A stretch of 63,997 nucleotides of DNA, the filler included, from Olpidium bornovanus S191 (Eukaryota > Fungi > Olpidiomycota), in assembly GCA_017911155.1 (NCBI GenBank). It is 33 parts of 33 records of this genome, joined end to end, with 100 filler letters (N's around TTAATTAATTAA, not from the genome) between each part and the next. Parts side by side here need not be neighbours in the genome. Positions count along the whole stretch, not along the records: positions 1 to 1,762 come from JAEFCI010012961.1; positions 1,863 to 3,709 come from JAEFCI010004158.1; positions 3,810 to 7,235 come from JAEFCI010004264.1; positions 7,336 to 8,907 come from JAEFCI010008202.1; positions 9,008 to 10,685 come from JAEFCI010001205.1; positions 10,786 to 13,187 come from JAEFCI010011712.1; 27 more parts are not named here. The stretch is one strand, 5' to 3'. Positions 1 to 12,399 of this stretch are shown here, in pieces. The notes under the pieces were generated by a model. The model was not told the origin of the DNA. It did no database searches and was given only the letters and a program-made list of their open reading frames with translations. Position 1 is the first letter of the stretch. Each line of letters starts with the position of its first letter. The translations under genes and the position numbers were made by a program.

Positions 1-710
1 CATGAGCCCCCCTCAGCAAAACCTGCGCCGAGGTCGGGGGCCCTGCTTGAAATCCAGCCGGACGAAGAGTCCCGTCCGTCTGCAGGGTGCTTGCCAGCCG
101 GAGTCAACCGCCGAAGCTACAAAGAGCGCTATAGTCGCCGATATCTATGCCGAGCCAAGCCACCCGCAGCCTGCGGGAGAGGACCAGGTCCAAAGCAGCC
201 CGCCGGCCGTCCGCCGCCGGATTGGCTCGAAAGACGGCGCGGGATGCCCATAAAGCCGAGTTGCGAAGCGGGCGGCGCAGGCAAGGCGAGCGGCGTGGGC
301 CGCGAGATCCGCCGGCCGGGTAGACCGACAGGACCCGGGAAGCGTTCGAGAGCGGCGCCGGAACCGCGCGGAAAGAATTAAGCGCGAGAAGGAGCTGTCC
401 GTTTGGAGGCCTCTTGCCAGGTGGCGGCTTTAGGACGTGGTCCTCGTTTGTGCGCCGAGCTTTTTGATAAGAGAGGATTTTAAAAGGAGCCGCCGCCGTA
501 TCGGAGACCCCGTTTCGCGTTTTGCCGATTTTTTTTTTACGGCGGGATCTTTCCGCAACCCGCACGGGGGAGGGGGGGGAGGGGATCGCACGTTCCCGGG
601 GGAATATACGGAAGTTCCGTCGTCACCGCCCGGGAAACCGGACCCCCTCCGCCCTCGCCCACTCCGCAAGCAGGGGCGCAAAAAGGTCCGAATTCCGTCT
701 GACGGAGCAG

Positions 711-1688
711 CCCGGCATCGCGCCAGACACAAAACGCCGCAATGGGAAGCGGAGCCAGCAGGCCGGACGGCAGCGGCGCGCCGGGGACGGTCCCGCAAGT
801 TCCCCTCCAGCCGTACGCCGCCCCCAGGCCTCAGGCGCTCCAGCAGAGGGATGCCGCGCCGGCGCACAAAGCCGGTTCGCCGTACGGCGCCGCTCCGGCC
901 TACAACGCCGCCGCCGCGAACACAGGCCGCGGCCAAACGTATCAAGCAGGATCTGCCGCCGCCGCCGCCGCCTTGTCAAGGAAAAACGACTCGAGCAGGC
1001 AGGATGCCAAGCGGCGCCCTGAGTGGGCGTCGGCCGAGTGCCAGAAAGACGAAGAAAATCCCAAATCCAGGGCCGGCCATGGCCGGGGGTACGAGAGCCG
1101 CCAGACCGCGGGCGCGCCGGAAAGCCGCGAGGAGCCATCGACGCGGACCGGCTGGGGACCGGCGGAAGGTACAATGTGCGGTCGGCAGGCCGCATTCCAT
1201 GATCCATGATCCGATGTCATGATGCGCCCCGCCGATCGTTCGCATTCGTTGCAGTCGTGGGCCATATTGACCGATGTCACTTTTGCGGGAAACCTCCAGT
1301 TCCCGATGCGCCAAAGCCAAAGGGGTTCTCAGCCGGGGAGATGGCCATGCTCGCGGACGACGACGATGCAAAGGTTGGGCGGACAGAAGCTTGCTCCTGC
1401 TTCTCCTTTTCGCGGGGAACCCAAATTTCTCCTGGCCCTGACCCCAATCTGCACCGGCAACTTTCCCTGCATCGGTTCCAGGCCGCGGCCCAGAGAAAGC
1501 GGGCGTTCGACCGGGCAAAGTTCCAGCGGGTTAACAAGGGCGGCAGTCCGGAGACCGCCGAGACCCAGTCCGACCTGGCGCCTCCGGTCGCCTCGCAAGT
1601 GAGCCCCGTGCGGCCAGCCAGCGCGAGCGCGCTCACGCCGGACGATGAAGAACTAATGGAGTCGATACTTGATGAGATCCGAGAATGA
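711..1688 (+). CDS. 3' part of a spliced low-complexity hypothetical protein
   Basis: Branch-like CTGAC and acceptor AG at 709-710, then an Ala/Pro/Gln-rich frame and a GTACAA donor at ~1169. Acidic C-terminus ...LTPDDEELMESILDEIRE* at 1688, then A-rich 3' sequence. No family recognised. Confidence 0.4.
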
Positions 1689-1762
1689 TCCGAAAAAAAA
1701 ATAATTTACGCCGGAGGGAGAAAATACTTTCTAAACTATTTACGATACCCCGCATCCGCATG

Positions 1763-1862
1763 NNNNNNNNNNNNNNNNNNNNNNNNNNNNNNNNNNNNNN
1801 NNNNNNTTAATTAATTAANNNNNNNNNNNNNNNNNNNNNNNNNNNNNNNNNNNNNNNNNNNN
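1763..1862. other. Artificial contig linker (first of 32)
   Basis: 44 N + TTAATTAATTAA (stops in all six frames) + 44 N. Others start at 3710, 7236, 8908, 10686, 13188, 15114, 16888, 18650, 20389, 21757, 23891, 25208, 26916, 29548, 30653, 32301, 33624, 34726, 37203, 39979, 41372, 44360, 45935, 48097, 49373, 51854, 52976, 56183, 60330, 61490, 62869. Confidence 0.99.
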
Positions 1863-1983
1863 AAAAAGAAAAAAAAAAAAGGTGGGGAGAAAAGGATACT
1901 ACGGAACAGACGGGAAACGGGCTTGAGAGAGCCTCGGCACATTCCGTCCGTTCGTCTGACGCCTTAGCCAAACTGAGAGAACC

Positions 1984-3709
1984 ATGAGCGACAACGACTA
2001 CGACTCAGACTTCTCCGCGAGCTCCTCCGCGCACGCCCCAGGCCGCAGCAGCCACGCCGCGCTGGAGGATGACGACGGGGGACAGTCCCAGAGCCTCTTC
2101 TTCTCAATCCTGTCCAACATGCCCACCATCGCGCCCACAATTGCGACGTACGGCGGCCCGACGCCTCCCGCCGCCGCCGCCGGTGCGTCTCACGGGCACC
2201 AGGCTCGGGTGGCGCGAAAGCCGGGCCCTGCGCCGCCGTCCGCCTACGGAGTTTCCGCCGTCCCGCTGCGGTTCTCTGCGTCGTTTCTCAAATCAAAAAG
2301 GTGAGCCGCGGGCGGCGAAACGGACCGGTCCGGTCGCGCGTTTGACCCGCTCCCTGGTGCGCTCTGTATCCCCCTTTCGCCTGCCCCGTTCTCGCTTGAG
2401 ACCTACTTTATGCTTAGAGCAGGAGAGGGAAGAACAAAGGTTTCTGGAAAAAAAAAAGAAAAGAAAAGAAAACGAGTTCCCCGTTCTGGGGCCAATGGTT
2501 TCCCGTTTTCAGAAGGACCTGCAAACGCGTTCTGACCTCCGTTCCCCTTACAACTGCCGCCCGTTTTTGACCAGCGAACCGGAAGCTCCGCTGTTCCAGC
2601 AGACAGGTCCCGGAGACGACCCGGGCGGTTCGGCTCACAGCGCCGACGAACGGCCCGGCAATAACGTGTACGGGGAGCGCAGCGCATATGACGACGAGTC
2701 TGCGGTGGCTGCGTATCTGTACGGCAGCCAACAGCCTGGTCAGGATACCCCCGATTCCGGAAACAGCTTTGACGGCCTCGGGGCTTTGGGGGGACAGGAG
2801 AGCGCAGGTGGAGTTGCGCGGTCAACGTCGTCGTCAGATCAGTACGCCTGGGCCGCGGGCTCCCACGATCCAGGACGGTCGTCGATGCTGCGGGTGAGTC
2901 GTCAGAGGAGCGTGGTCTTGTGTTGTGCGGCGGGGATGGTTTAAGCAGAAGCGGCTTACGTGTTAATGTTTCGCGGCGACTCCTCAGCCGTCAGACATAT
3001 ACCGTGAGGAGATGCCGCCACCCCCTGAAAAACCGCTCGCCGGCGATCCTCGCGCCGCAGAGTTGTTACCGGCCGATTTGGTAAGGTTTTAAGAGTTTTC
3101 GCGACGTGTCGTACAATTTCCACGTTGACCCGCGTCGCAGATACCGTTGTCACTAGCCTCCGAACTACCGTACAATCGTCGGTACCGGGATCCATTCTTC
3201 GCCGCCCTTTTCTTGTTGACCATAACCGTATGGGTTTTCGTTGGCCTTCGACTAGTTCTTTCAACTAGTGTAAGAGTAGCAAAAAAAAAAAAAAAAAAAA
3301 TGCAGTCCATTCGTCAGCGGGTTTGCCCTGTTCAAACGTCGGTCCTCCGCTGTTTTAGTCCAAGCCGTTGAAGGGCCACCCTGGCGGCACGGCGTTCTCG
3401 GCTATCCGGGACACTGCTGCGCTCTTCACCTTTATGATCGGCTGTGCACTTGCTGGCGGCGCGGCGTGGATCTGGTGGTTGAGACGATTTGTCAAGGTGA
3501 AGACACCTCCCAAGACTTGTGCACTGCTCACGGACGCTTGCAAGCCAGACTGATTTACTTCTCGTTATTTTATAGCCGTTTGTATGGGTGACGTTGACCT
3601 TCATTCCGATCATCTCCTTGGCACTTTTTCTGTGGACCTTGATTGAGTCGTTCAACACGCCAAGCGCGTCTTCGGACGAAACTCAGGATACCGGGTATGG
3701 CAAACCATG
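1984..3709 (+). CDS. Choline transporter-like (CTL/SLC44, Pns1-related) membrane protein, 5' part, spliced
   Basis: ATG 1984 and GTGAG donors at ~2301 and ~2894. TM-rich exons YRDPFFAALFLLTITVWVFVGL, AALFTFMIGCALAGGAAWIWWLRRFVK and PFVWVTLTFIPIISLALFLWTLIESF match the first helices of CTL family proteins. Confidence 0.6.
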
Positions 3710-3811
3710 NNNNNNNNNNNNNNNNNNNNNNNNNNNNNNNNNNNNNNNNNNNNTTAATTAATTAANNNNNNNNNNNNNNNNNNNNNNNNNNNNNNNNNNN
3801 NNNNNNNNNAT

Positions 3812-3819
3812 CTTCCCCC

Positions 3820-3895
<76 letters not shown>

Positions 3896-3924
3896 TTCCC
3901 CGGTTCCGCGGGACAAAAAAGCCC

Positions 3925-3979
<55 letters not shown>
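3812..3979. repeat. Poly-C tract followed by (GA)n microsatellite
   Basis: About 80 C, then (GA)n at ~3925-3979, read directly. Confidence 0.95.
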
Positions 3980-3980
<1 letters not shown>

Positions 3981-4089
3981 GGCCCCGCGCCGGCGGGTAA
4001 CACGCCTGTCCGCATCGGCCCCTCCCCCCCGCGCCGCGCCGCTCTTCCTCTCCCCCCCCCCGCGCCCGCTGCGGACCGGGGGGAGGGTG

Positions 4090-7000
4090 ATGAGGCGCTG
4101 CTCCCCGGAATCCCCGGACGTCGGTCGTCTCCTCCAGCTCCTGGCGAAAGTCGTTTACGACGACGCCGACCCCGCGTTTTCGCGCAGGTGCGGCGCCGCC
4201 AACCGTCTCGCCGCGGCCGTCGCCGCCCCCGGCGGCCCTTCCGGCAGCGACCTGCGGACTTTGGCGGAAGCCGCGTTCTTCGGTCGGCGGCAGTTTGGCC
4301 TCGTCAGCTTGGAACGGGCCTTCGACGCTCCCAGGTAACGGTCGCGTTGTCGGGGGGGGGGGGGAACGTCGAGACCTGGCTCGGACGTTCGTCCCCGCTA
4401 TCGTCGACGCGAGAACGTTTAGAACTTATCTTTTCCGGGGTCCGCCCTTCTCCGAAGTTCGCCCGCGTCATACAAGTTCGGCGTCGCGAAATGTCTGGCG
4501 ACTGTCGGGGTCGCGCTCGGCGCGGAAGCGGAACTGTTCGTGACCTGGATCTTCAAAAGGCTGGCGGCGGTCCCGGACGAGCCGAACCGGGCGGACGTCG
4601 AGCGAGAGCGCAAAGTGTGGCTCCTCGCCGCTCTTCGCGAGGTACGACTCCAAAGGCCCAAGGAATACGGCAGTTTCCGTTTGGTGGCTCCACAAGCAAC
4701 ACCGCTGCTGCCCGGCTGAGTACGCTCGCTCACGCGCGCGAAAAAAAAAAAAAAAAAAAACACGGACGCGCGCTTCAGGCCGTCAGGTACCCGCTCGACG
4801 GCAAGGAAGCAGACGCGCTGGCCCCGTCCGTTCGCGGTATGCTCGCGGGCATAACGTCTTTCTTGGAGAAGATGGAGGCGTTCGACTATCTCGGGAGCAT
4901 CATCACCATCCTGGAGGCCATATCGACGCGGTTTCCGGACGCGTTTGGCCAAGCTTTTCCGGATGTGGTCGATCTCCTTGTCAGCTGGCATATAGACCCG
5001 AGACTGTCTGACCACTTGCAGAACGCAATGTCAGGTGCGGTTTTTTTTTGTTTTTTTTTTTTGAGCGTGTTGCCGAGTATGCGTTGGTGCTGTAAAGGAT
5101 TTCTTCGTGACACGCAAGCTCGACTCGCCCGCAGACGCCTACCTTGCGTTCGAACCGTTCTGGAAGCCGCATTTGTCTCTGGCCGTGGAAATCATGGTGC
5201 ATCTCATCAAAGATATCGAACAGTCGGCGGCGATTTCCTCGTACCGCCAAGGCAGCTCACGTTTGGCCGCCGAGCTGGAACAACCGAACGGCGAGGGGCG
5301 TTCTGAGCGGGCGAAGCCGCTCTCGAAGGACGACGCCGGGGTGTGCACCTGCGCGCTCGGCACCTTCTGCGCCGTGACGCGTGCCGTAGGTCCTTCCTTG
5401 GAAGGCGAATGCGGGGACGATATCGAACTGCGAATCGATACTATCCGGAAACGCGCGTTGCGGGCGGTCGCGCTGGTAACGGAGCGAATCGGAACTTCAA
5501 AAAAGTGGCTTGCTCTTGGGTTCAAGGCGGTCGAAACGCTCGCCGCCTTCCGCAAGCGGACCTGGTACGACGCACAGTTGGACGCGGCGTTGGTGTTTTC
5601 GGTTTTCAGCAGAACGTCCGTCAGGAGCGCCTCTGGTGCCGAACGGTGGATCCGCGAACTTACGTGCGTAAGTGACGCTTTCGTCCGCGTTTCTCGGATG
5701 CGTCAACAGTTATTATATGATTTTTGACTCTAAATTCGGCTTACCTCGTGGCGCACTTCGCTGCGACGCGTTCCGTGTCCGGTCGCGCCGCAAAACCCAG
5801 GCCGTCGGACGCTGGGGCCCGCGCTATAGTCCAGAGCTCGCGGCCTATCTTGCGGACCCGAACGGTTGTCTGATGAGGATGCGGACTGCGTTTGGCAATT
5901 GCCCGCGGATTTTCTCGTCCTGTTTGAGACTGCTGTCGGCGTTATTTGACTCGTGTGCGGCCGCGTTGTCCTCTGAGCAGGTTTGCGGCATCATTCGACG
6001 CCTGCTCGCCGAAGCAAATCTGATGGTAGCCCAAGTTGCCGCGCGCGCGCGACGACCGTCACATTCCGCTGCAGCCGAAAGCCCCCACTGGTCGACAGCC
6101 ATGTCATTGTGCTGCTCGGAGCCCATCTACTTCGGAATGCCGCCTCAGTGCCCGGAAGCCGGTGACCCGAACGGCCGGCGAACGTCCTCAACTCCCAGCG
6201 TCGCGAAGCCGGTGGCGGAGGCGTTGCTGACGTTCGACGTGATGCTGGTCGAGAAGGTATTACTCAGTTCGGGCGGCAACGCCGACACCGCCGGCCACGT
6301 GGTCATCGCGCTGCTCGCATTGCTGCTCCGGTTTCCCCAAGGGCGATCGGGCTCCGCATGCCCGAGAGCGCAAATGTCCATAATAAACGCGGTCCGCAGG
6401 CTTCAGTCGTTGTGAGTAAACGTCGTCTCGTAACCCTGGCCGGCGCATCTCTGACCGGATTATGGATCGAACTGCAGGCAACAGCCGCATGACGTCGGAG
6501 ACGCGGCAGAGCCACGGGCACCCGTAGCGCCAACTGCGTCTGGGTTACCCGCTCGTTCGACCCAGACGCCCCCGATACCGACAATCAGCGTGCCGTTGGC
6601 CGTGTCGTTGCACATGATCGCGGAATACCTTCTGAACCGCAGCGTTGCCGCAGAAATACGGGAGGCGAGTTTCGAGTGGCTGCAGGATATCGTCCACAGA
6701 GCCTCTCGGGAGCAAAGCGGGCGCGCGGTACCCACCGGGGCCGTCCGCATGATCGAGCTTTTGATGGCGGAAGCGTTGACTGCAATAAGCTCGGAGGGGG
6801 GAAAATTCCGTGCGCGCCTGCTCGATCTGGCCGCGCTTTGCTCGCGGAAACTCAACGTGTTCGTTCGAGGGAGTGCGCTCGCCGCCGTTTTGCAAAGGTC
6901 AGAAAAGGCGCAGCAGCCCGACCGAAATTGGCCCTTGTGGCCTTTAAGCGTTCGCGCGCCGTTTCAATCCCTTCCTGAAGCATCGGACCCCCGCGTTAAA

Positions 7001-7235
7001 AAAATTGCGCAGGCTGGCGGATTCGGAGGAAGCCGTACGGGAAAGCTGCTTCCGGTTCCTCATATCGTTGAATCCAGTCACCACGATCCTCGAGGGCATC
7101 CCGGCGGAAGACTTTAACGCCCGAGAGTTCCAGGTGCCCGGTCATTATGTACTCGTGTGCTTATCCGGGTTCGCGGCGCCGGGTGTTTTCCGGTTCTAAT
7201 CGCGGCCAGCCCGAATGCAGACGGCTGTGATCATG
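4090..7235 (+). CDS. SMG1: SMG1 PIKK-family serine/threonine kinase (NMD), N-terminal HEAT region, multi-exon, 3' truncated
   Basis: Exons encode AKCLATVGVALGAEAELFVTWIFKRL, AFPDVVDLLVSWHIDP and FEPFWKPHLSLAVEIMVHLIKDIEQ, collinear with the SMG1 N-terminal motifs AE.IF.WIF, F.D.VD.LV.WHID and LEPFW...L.F...LL.QFLED.E. Confidence 0.8.
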
Positions 7236-7335
7236 NNNNNNNNNNNNNNNNNNNNNNNNNNNNNNNNNNNNNNNNNNNNTTAATTAATTAANNNNNNNNN
7301 NNNNNNNNNNNNNNNNNNNNNNNNNNNNNNNNNNN

Positions 7336-8722
7336 CATGACTAATACGGTATTCGGTGGCTTAAACTTGTCGCGACAGGCGCATCGATCCCCGCGACAAA
7401 GCCGCGGAGGGGACTTTGACGACAGGTATGCCTCGAAGTACGACAAAGTCCCTTGCAGCCAGTTGGGCGCGCTGATTGTAACCGTGTTTTTTTGTTTCTC
7501 AATCAGAAATGTGGAGCGTCTCGGCGTCCGAACGGAAGCGCCGATGCCGGCTCCATCTATTCCGAGATATGATCCCGCAGACGCCAGCTCGGGATATGGT
7601 GCCCGCCCGTATGGCGACCGCGGTACGTTACGCGGAGGACGGCGGCCACCTTTGGCGCTTTCGAAGTGGTGTCTCGTCTTACCGAAAGCCGTCGAAGCGC
7701 AGATGGCTCCCGGCGATTTCAATCGACGGATGGGGGAATGCAGCGCGGCTACCCGCCTGCGGAAGCCGCACCGAAGCTCAGGTACCCACCCGTGGATAAC
7801 AGAACAGGGCCCAGATATTCACCTGACAACGCGTACGCGCCTGCGGAAACCGCGCAGAAGCCCAGGTACCCGCCCGTGGATAACAGAGCGGGCCCCAGAT
7901 ACTCGCCAGACGGCGCATCACGGTCTGGCTCCGCGCATTACGGGGGTTACGCCGTTCCGCTTTCGTATGAACAGCACCCCGCGTTTCTGGCTCAGCCCGC
8001 GTATGCGACGTCTGACCGCGACCCCAGGATACATGCTCTGGCACCGCCGGCGGCTCCTCAGGCGCCGGCGTACGCGCCCTCTCCGTCCCTGGCTTACGAC
8101 GCGAGGTTCTCGCCCACCGCGCGACCGGCGTCCTCTGCCACGTCGGCGGCTGCGGCGGCAGCAGCCTCCGCCAGATACACCGCGCGGTTGCCGGCAGCGG
8201 CGGCGGCTGCGGGCCCGCAGGCCGAAGCGCCGTACGTTCCGGCCCCCGTCCCGGTTCAGCAGCGCCAGCAGGTTACGCCGCAACCGTTGGTGTACTGCTC
8301 CCCGTTCGCCGTCCCCCACGCGGCGGCGCCCGTCCAGATCCCTGTCGCGTACCAGCAGCAGTATCAACAGCCGACCGCAGCAACTCTCCCACCCTACGCG
8401 TATATGTCGGTCGGGCAAGGGTTTGCCGGTCGTCAATGAAAGGGAAGATATCCCTCCATTCCCCCCTTCCCGCCTCTTCCCCCTCCCGCCCAATTCGCTT
8501 TTTTTGCTGGCGAGCAGTTTGTGTGTCGCCATTGCCGTACCAATGCGTGCGTTTTCATCCTGGTCCGCCATCCTTCCCCCCATCTCGAGGGTTGACGAAG
8601 ATGACTGTGCTTGCAAAGATGGCCGCCCAGAGGACACCGTCGTCCTGTGCACACACGCTCGAATTATATATTCCGCGTCTGTCAGATTTTGAGCGCCTTG
8701 TCCGGCGAAGAACGAAGAACCT

Positions 8723-8768
<46 letters not shown>

Positions 8769-8907
8769 CCCTTTCCCTCCCCCCCCGGGGTTTTTTTTTT
8801 TTTTTTTTTTTTTTCCCTTTGTTCGCGTGTCGCCCAGGACGCCGCCAACCCCGCGCCGGCTGCTCAGCTGCCTCCGAACTGGGAGGTGCGCCAGTCCAAG
8901 TCCAGGG
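7336..8907 (+). CDS. Low-complexity (R/D/Y/P/A/Q-rich) protein with a WW domain starting at the contig end; partial
   Basis: The long exon frame is 7666-8439. The last exon encodes AAQLPPNWEVRQSKSR, the start of a WW domain (LPxxWE.R.S.S). Confidence 0.55.
7756..7911 (+). repeat. 84-bp intragenic tandem duplication (28 aa)
   Basis: PAEAAPKLRYPPVDNRTGPRYSPD / PAETAQKPRYPPVDNRAGPRYSPD; units start at 7756 and 7840. Confidence 0.9.
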
Positions 8908-9547
8908 NNNNNNNNNNNNNNNNNNNNNNNNNNNNNNNNNNNNNNNNNNNNTTAATTAATTAANNNNNNNNNNNNNNNNNNNNNNNNNNNNNNNNNNNNN
9001 NNNNNNNCATGAAACTATTTGAACGTATTGAATTAGCTACTGCTTCAGTGTAATTATAATCGTTGGTGGTGAAATATTGTTGAGAGAGTGAGTGAGAGTG
9101 AGAAATTTGCTAGTTTTGTCTAGCGTTTTCGCTGTAAAGCGCTTTTGTTTTTCGGTTTCCTGGAGGGTTGCGCAATGCTCCGCCGGGTGTTCACCTCCGC
9201 CAGGAAATCTGTTCGGACCTCAGCCCCGTGCCCTCTTTCCGGCTGACGGTCAGAACCGTCGCGACGAATGCTGTTGCTCGTCACGGTGCTGCCGGCTGCT
9301 GCAGATGCTGCTGTCTCCCGGGACGCTAGGTCTCGGGGCTGCAGCCGACCAGCTGGCCTCCTCGCTGCTGCGCAGACTGTGAGCCGGACGGACTCGCGCG
9401 GTTTCGGTCTGCCGCGAAGTCTGCCCCATCTTTCTTGCGAGCTCCGGATTTCTCACAGCCGGCCCCCCACACCCCACCTTGCCCGCGACCCGCAAACCCC
9501 GAACGCTACCGCGAACGAAAAACTGGGAGCCAAGAAAAAAAAGAAAA

Positions 9548-10685
9548 ATGGCCGGTGTTTTCACGGTGTCGTCGAGGAACGTCCTTCTCTCTTCGGCCGC
9601 GCCGCCCGCCCCGGCCACGCTCAGGATCGAGGGGGGCCGCGTTGTGGAGGTGCTTCCGCGCCATACTCCTGCCTCCGACGCCACCAGCGCCGCACACGTT
9701 GATTTCGGCGACCTGGTCATCATGCCGGGAATTGTCGACGCGCATGTCCACATCAACGAGCCCGGCAGGACGCAGTGGGAAGGGTTCGAGCACGCTACCA
9801 AGGCAGCAGCGGCCGGCGGCGTCACGACCCTCATCGATATGCCGCTGAACGCGATACCGCCGACAACCACTGTCCTGAACTTCGAACAGAAGCTCAAAGC
9901 CGCCGAGGGCCAGTGCCGCGTCGACGTCGGGTTTCTTGGTGGCGTAATACCAGGCAATGAGGTGGGCAAATTCGCTGGACGTGTCTCTGGAGCTGTCGGG
10001 CTAGATCTGCCGACTATCACGTTCGTCTTTTTCACCGCGCGCCTCACATACTCTTCGCCAAACTTCTGCTCGCGCTTTTTGTCCTTCGACTCCATTCGGC
10101 CGTCGTGTTCCGGTTCAGAAAGAGCTCCGCCAACTCATCAAGCGTGGCGTGAAAGGTTTTAAATGGTCAGGAGATGTGGCAAATAGGGGCGCCCCTGCCG
10201 CTTCCGCGTAAATTTTGACGATCTGCTTTGGCTGCGGTGTAGCTTTTTGATCGAGAGCGGCGTCGCGGAGTTTCCGCACGTCAACCTGCAGCAACTGCGG
10301 ACTGCGGCCAAGGAACTGTCGGTAAATCTCGTTTCGAAAAAACAAAAAAGAAGGCTGGCCGCGCGGCGCGCGATCTGCTGTATTTCTGGGGGAATATTAT
10401 GAATAACGAGAGAAAACTCGCGGTCGAACGCAGGGTCCCGACCCCGTTCTCATGTTTCATGCGGAGATGGACGAGCCGGCGGAAACCCGATCGAGCGGCG
10501 GCGAGGCGCGGGGCGCCTCGGGTCCGGAATCTTACAACACCTTTTTGGAATCCCGCCCGCAGTCCATGGAAACGCGGGCGATATCGCTGATCGTCAGGCT
10601 TGCGCGGGAATTCCCAGATCTGCGCTGCCACATCGTGCACCTGTCGGCGGGCGCCGCGCTGGACCTCGTGCGGGAGGCCAAACGC
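9548..10685 (+). CDS. DAL1: Allantoinase, spliced, 3' truncated
   Basis: MPGIVDAHVHINEPGRTQWEGFEHATKAAAAGGVTTLIDMPLNAIPPTTT, GVKGFK, FHAEM and CHIVHLS are amidohydrolase/allantoinase motifs. Confidence 0.95.
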
Positions 10686-10785
10686 NNNNNNNNNNNNNNN
10701 NNNNNNNNNNNNNNNNNNNNNNNNNNNNNTTAATTAATTAANNNNNNNNNNNNNNNNNNNNNNNNNNNNNNNNNNNNNNNNNNNN

Positions 10786-12399
10786 CCCTGGTTCGGGTCG
10801 TATTTTTTTTCTGCTCATGTACAGCTCTCCCGGGAGAAGGCAGGGCGGGCGGAAGAGCGCAGGAGCCGGCGGGGGGGGCCTGTTCTCGGGAGAGGGACGG
10901 GGAGGACGGGGAGGGGGCGGAGATGCGGTCGACGGTGTGACGCGTATCTTTACAAGAAGCCTTCGGAGCGCCGCGGCCAACGGGACCGCGGCCGGCGGTC
11001 TGTTTACGTCGGGAGCGGGCGCTGGCGCCACAAGGAGCATATCCATCGCAGGAACGGCGAGGGCGGCGGCCGGCAGCCCGTACAGCCGAGTTGGGGTGCG
11101 TCTTCGACTCGCCTCTCCTCCCTTTCCTTTACCCTTCTCCCCTCCCCTCCCAACCAGCTCGGCCCTTTTCCTCGAACTTGCAAACCCGGCGAGGCGGGCT
11201 CTTTTTGCTCCAAGGGCTGCAACCCGCGGCAAATGGGGAAGCGGGCTAGGGAAAGTTACCTCCTCGCGATGTGAGAGTGTGCGGCACGCTCTATCCGCGC
11301 CGCCGGGATCAGCGCCAGTTCCCGGCCGGATTTTCCGCGGGGGTCTTAACCCAAGCGGATCCACAAAATTTTTCCCTCCCCTCCGAAGCGGCACGCGGCC
11401 TTGGCGGCCGTTCCCTCTCGGCATTGCGCGGCGCCTGGACTGCTCACGTGCCCTCTCCTCCCTTTCGGATGCGCTCCGGAAACATCTAGCGGGAACGCCC
11501 GCGCAAGGGGGCCCCCGACGGCCAGTGGGGCCACGACATGTTCGATCCTTTCGAAGGGGGCCGCGTGCCGAAGAACATGGGAATGTTGAACGGGGGCGCG
11601 ACGTGGGCCGGCAAGGCCGCGATAAACGGCCAGAATGACTTATCGAAGCGCAGGTTGTTGGTGGAAAATCTGCACTATGAGGTGCTTGAAGACGACCTCA
11701 AGGTGGTGCAACTGCTTAAAATCGTTGGCCTTGGGCTGTCCTTCCCCTGTTCTTTTTTTTTCGCGCGAGATGCTGACCGTGGTGCCCGTTTTGCAGGAGC
11801 TATTCGGGTCGTTTGGGACCCTGGTCAAACTGGTTCTCCGCTACGACGCGTCGGGGCGGTCGGAGGGTCGGGCGGAAGTCACGTTCGCAGATGCGGGATG
11901 CGCGAAATCCGCCATGAGCGCGCTAAACAACCGGTTGTTGGACGGTGCGTCCTGATTTATTTTTTTTTTCCTTTCGTTTTCCTTGAACTCGGCGCAGCGG
12001 TTGCGTCCGCTCATGCTCGGGTAATCCGCGGTTCTCGAATCGCAGGTCAGCCTATGCACATCAAGTACTACGAGCCGCCTCCGCGCAGGGAGTCCGGCTT
12101 GTACTCTTCTGGCAGAACGGAGAAGAAGGGTGGAATTTTCGCCCGCCTGGGAGAACTGAACGCGGCGCCCACGCTCAATAGGGGTGGCGGAGGTGACCGG
12201 CGTGTGTTGAGACGCAATGTCCGGCCGACAGCAACACTGGAAGATCTGGACGCCGACATGGACGCATACATGAAGGTGAACGCCGATCCGCCCCAAACCC
12301 CGTTTCCACGCGTCGTCCCCCGTTTTCGCTTCTTTCTTTTTTTCTTCCCCCCGTCCCCTCACCTGTCATTAACTGCGAAATCTCTCATCTCAGGGTTAA
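10786..12399 (+). CDS. RRM RNA-binding protein, ALYREF/Yra1 (THOC4)-like; spliced; ends uncertain
   Basis: WGHDMFD motif; RRM (LLVENLHYEVLEDDLK / ELFGSFG...YDASGRSEGRAEVTF); C-terminal TLEDLDADMDAYMK box typical of REF/Yra1/Chtop proteins. Confidence 0.75.

Noticed and set aside
742-760. MGSGAS N-myristoylation signal
   Set aside because: The Met appears to be internal to an exon starting at 711.
8436-8963. ORFs ending in X-runs and LIN/N
   Set aside because: They read into the artificial N-TTAATTAATTAA linker.
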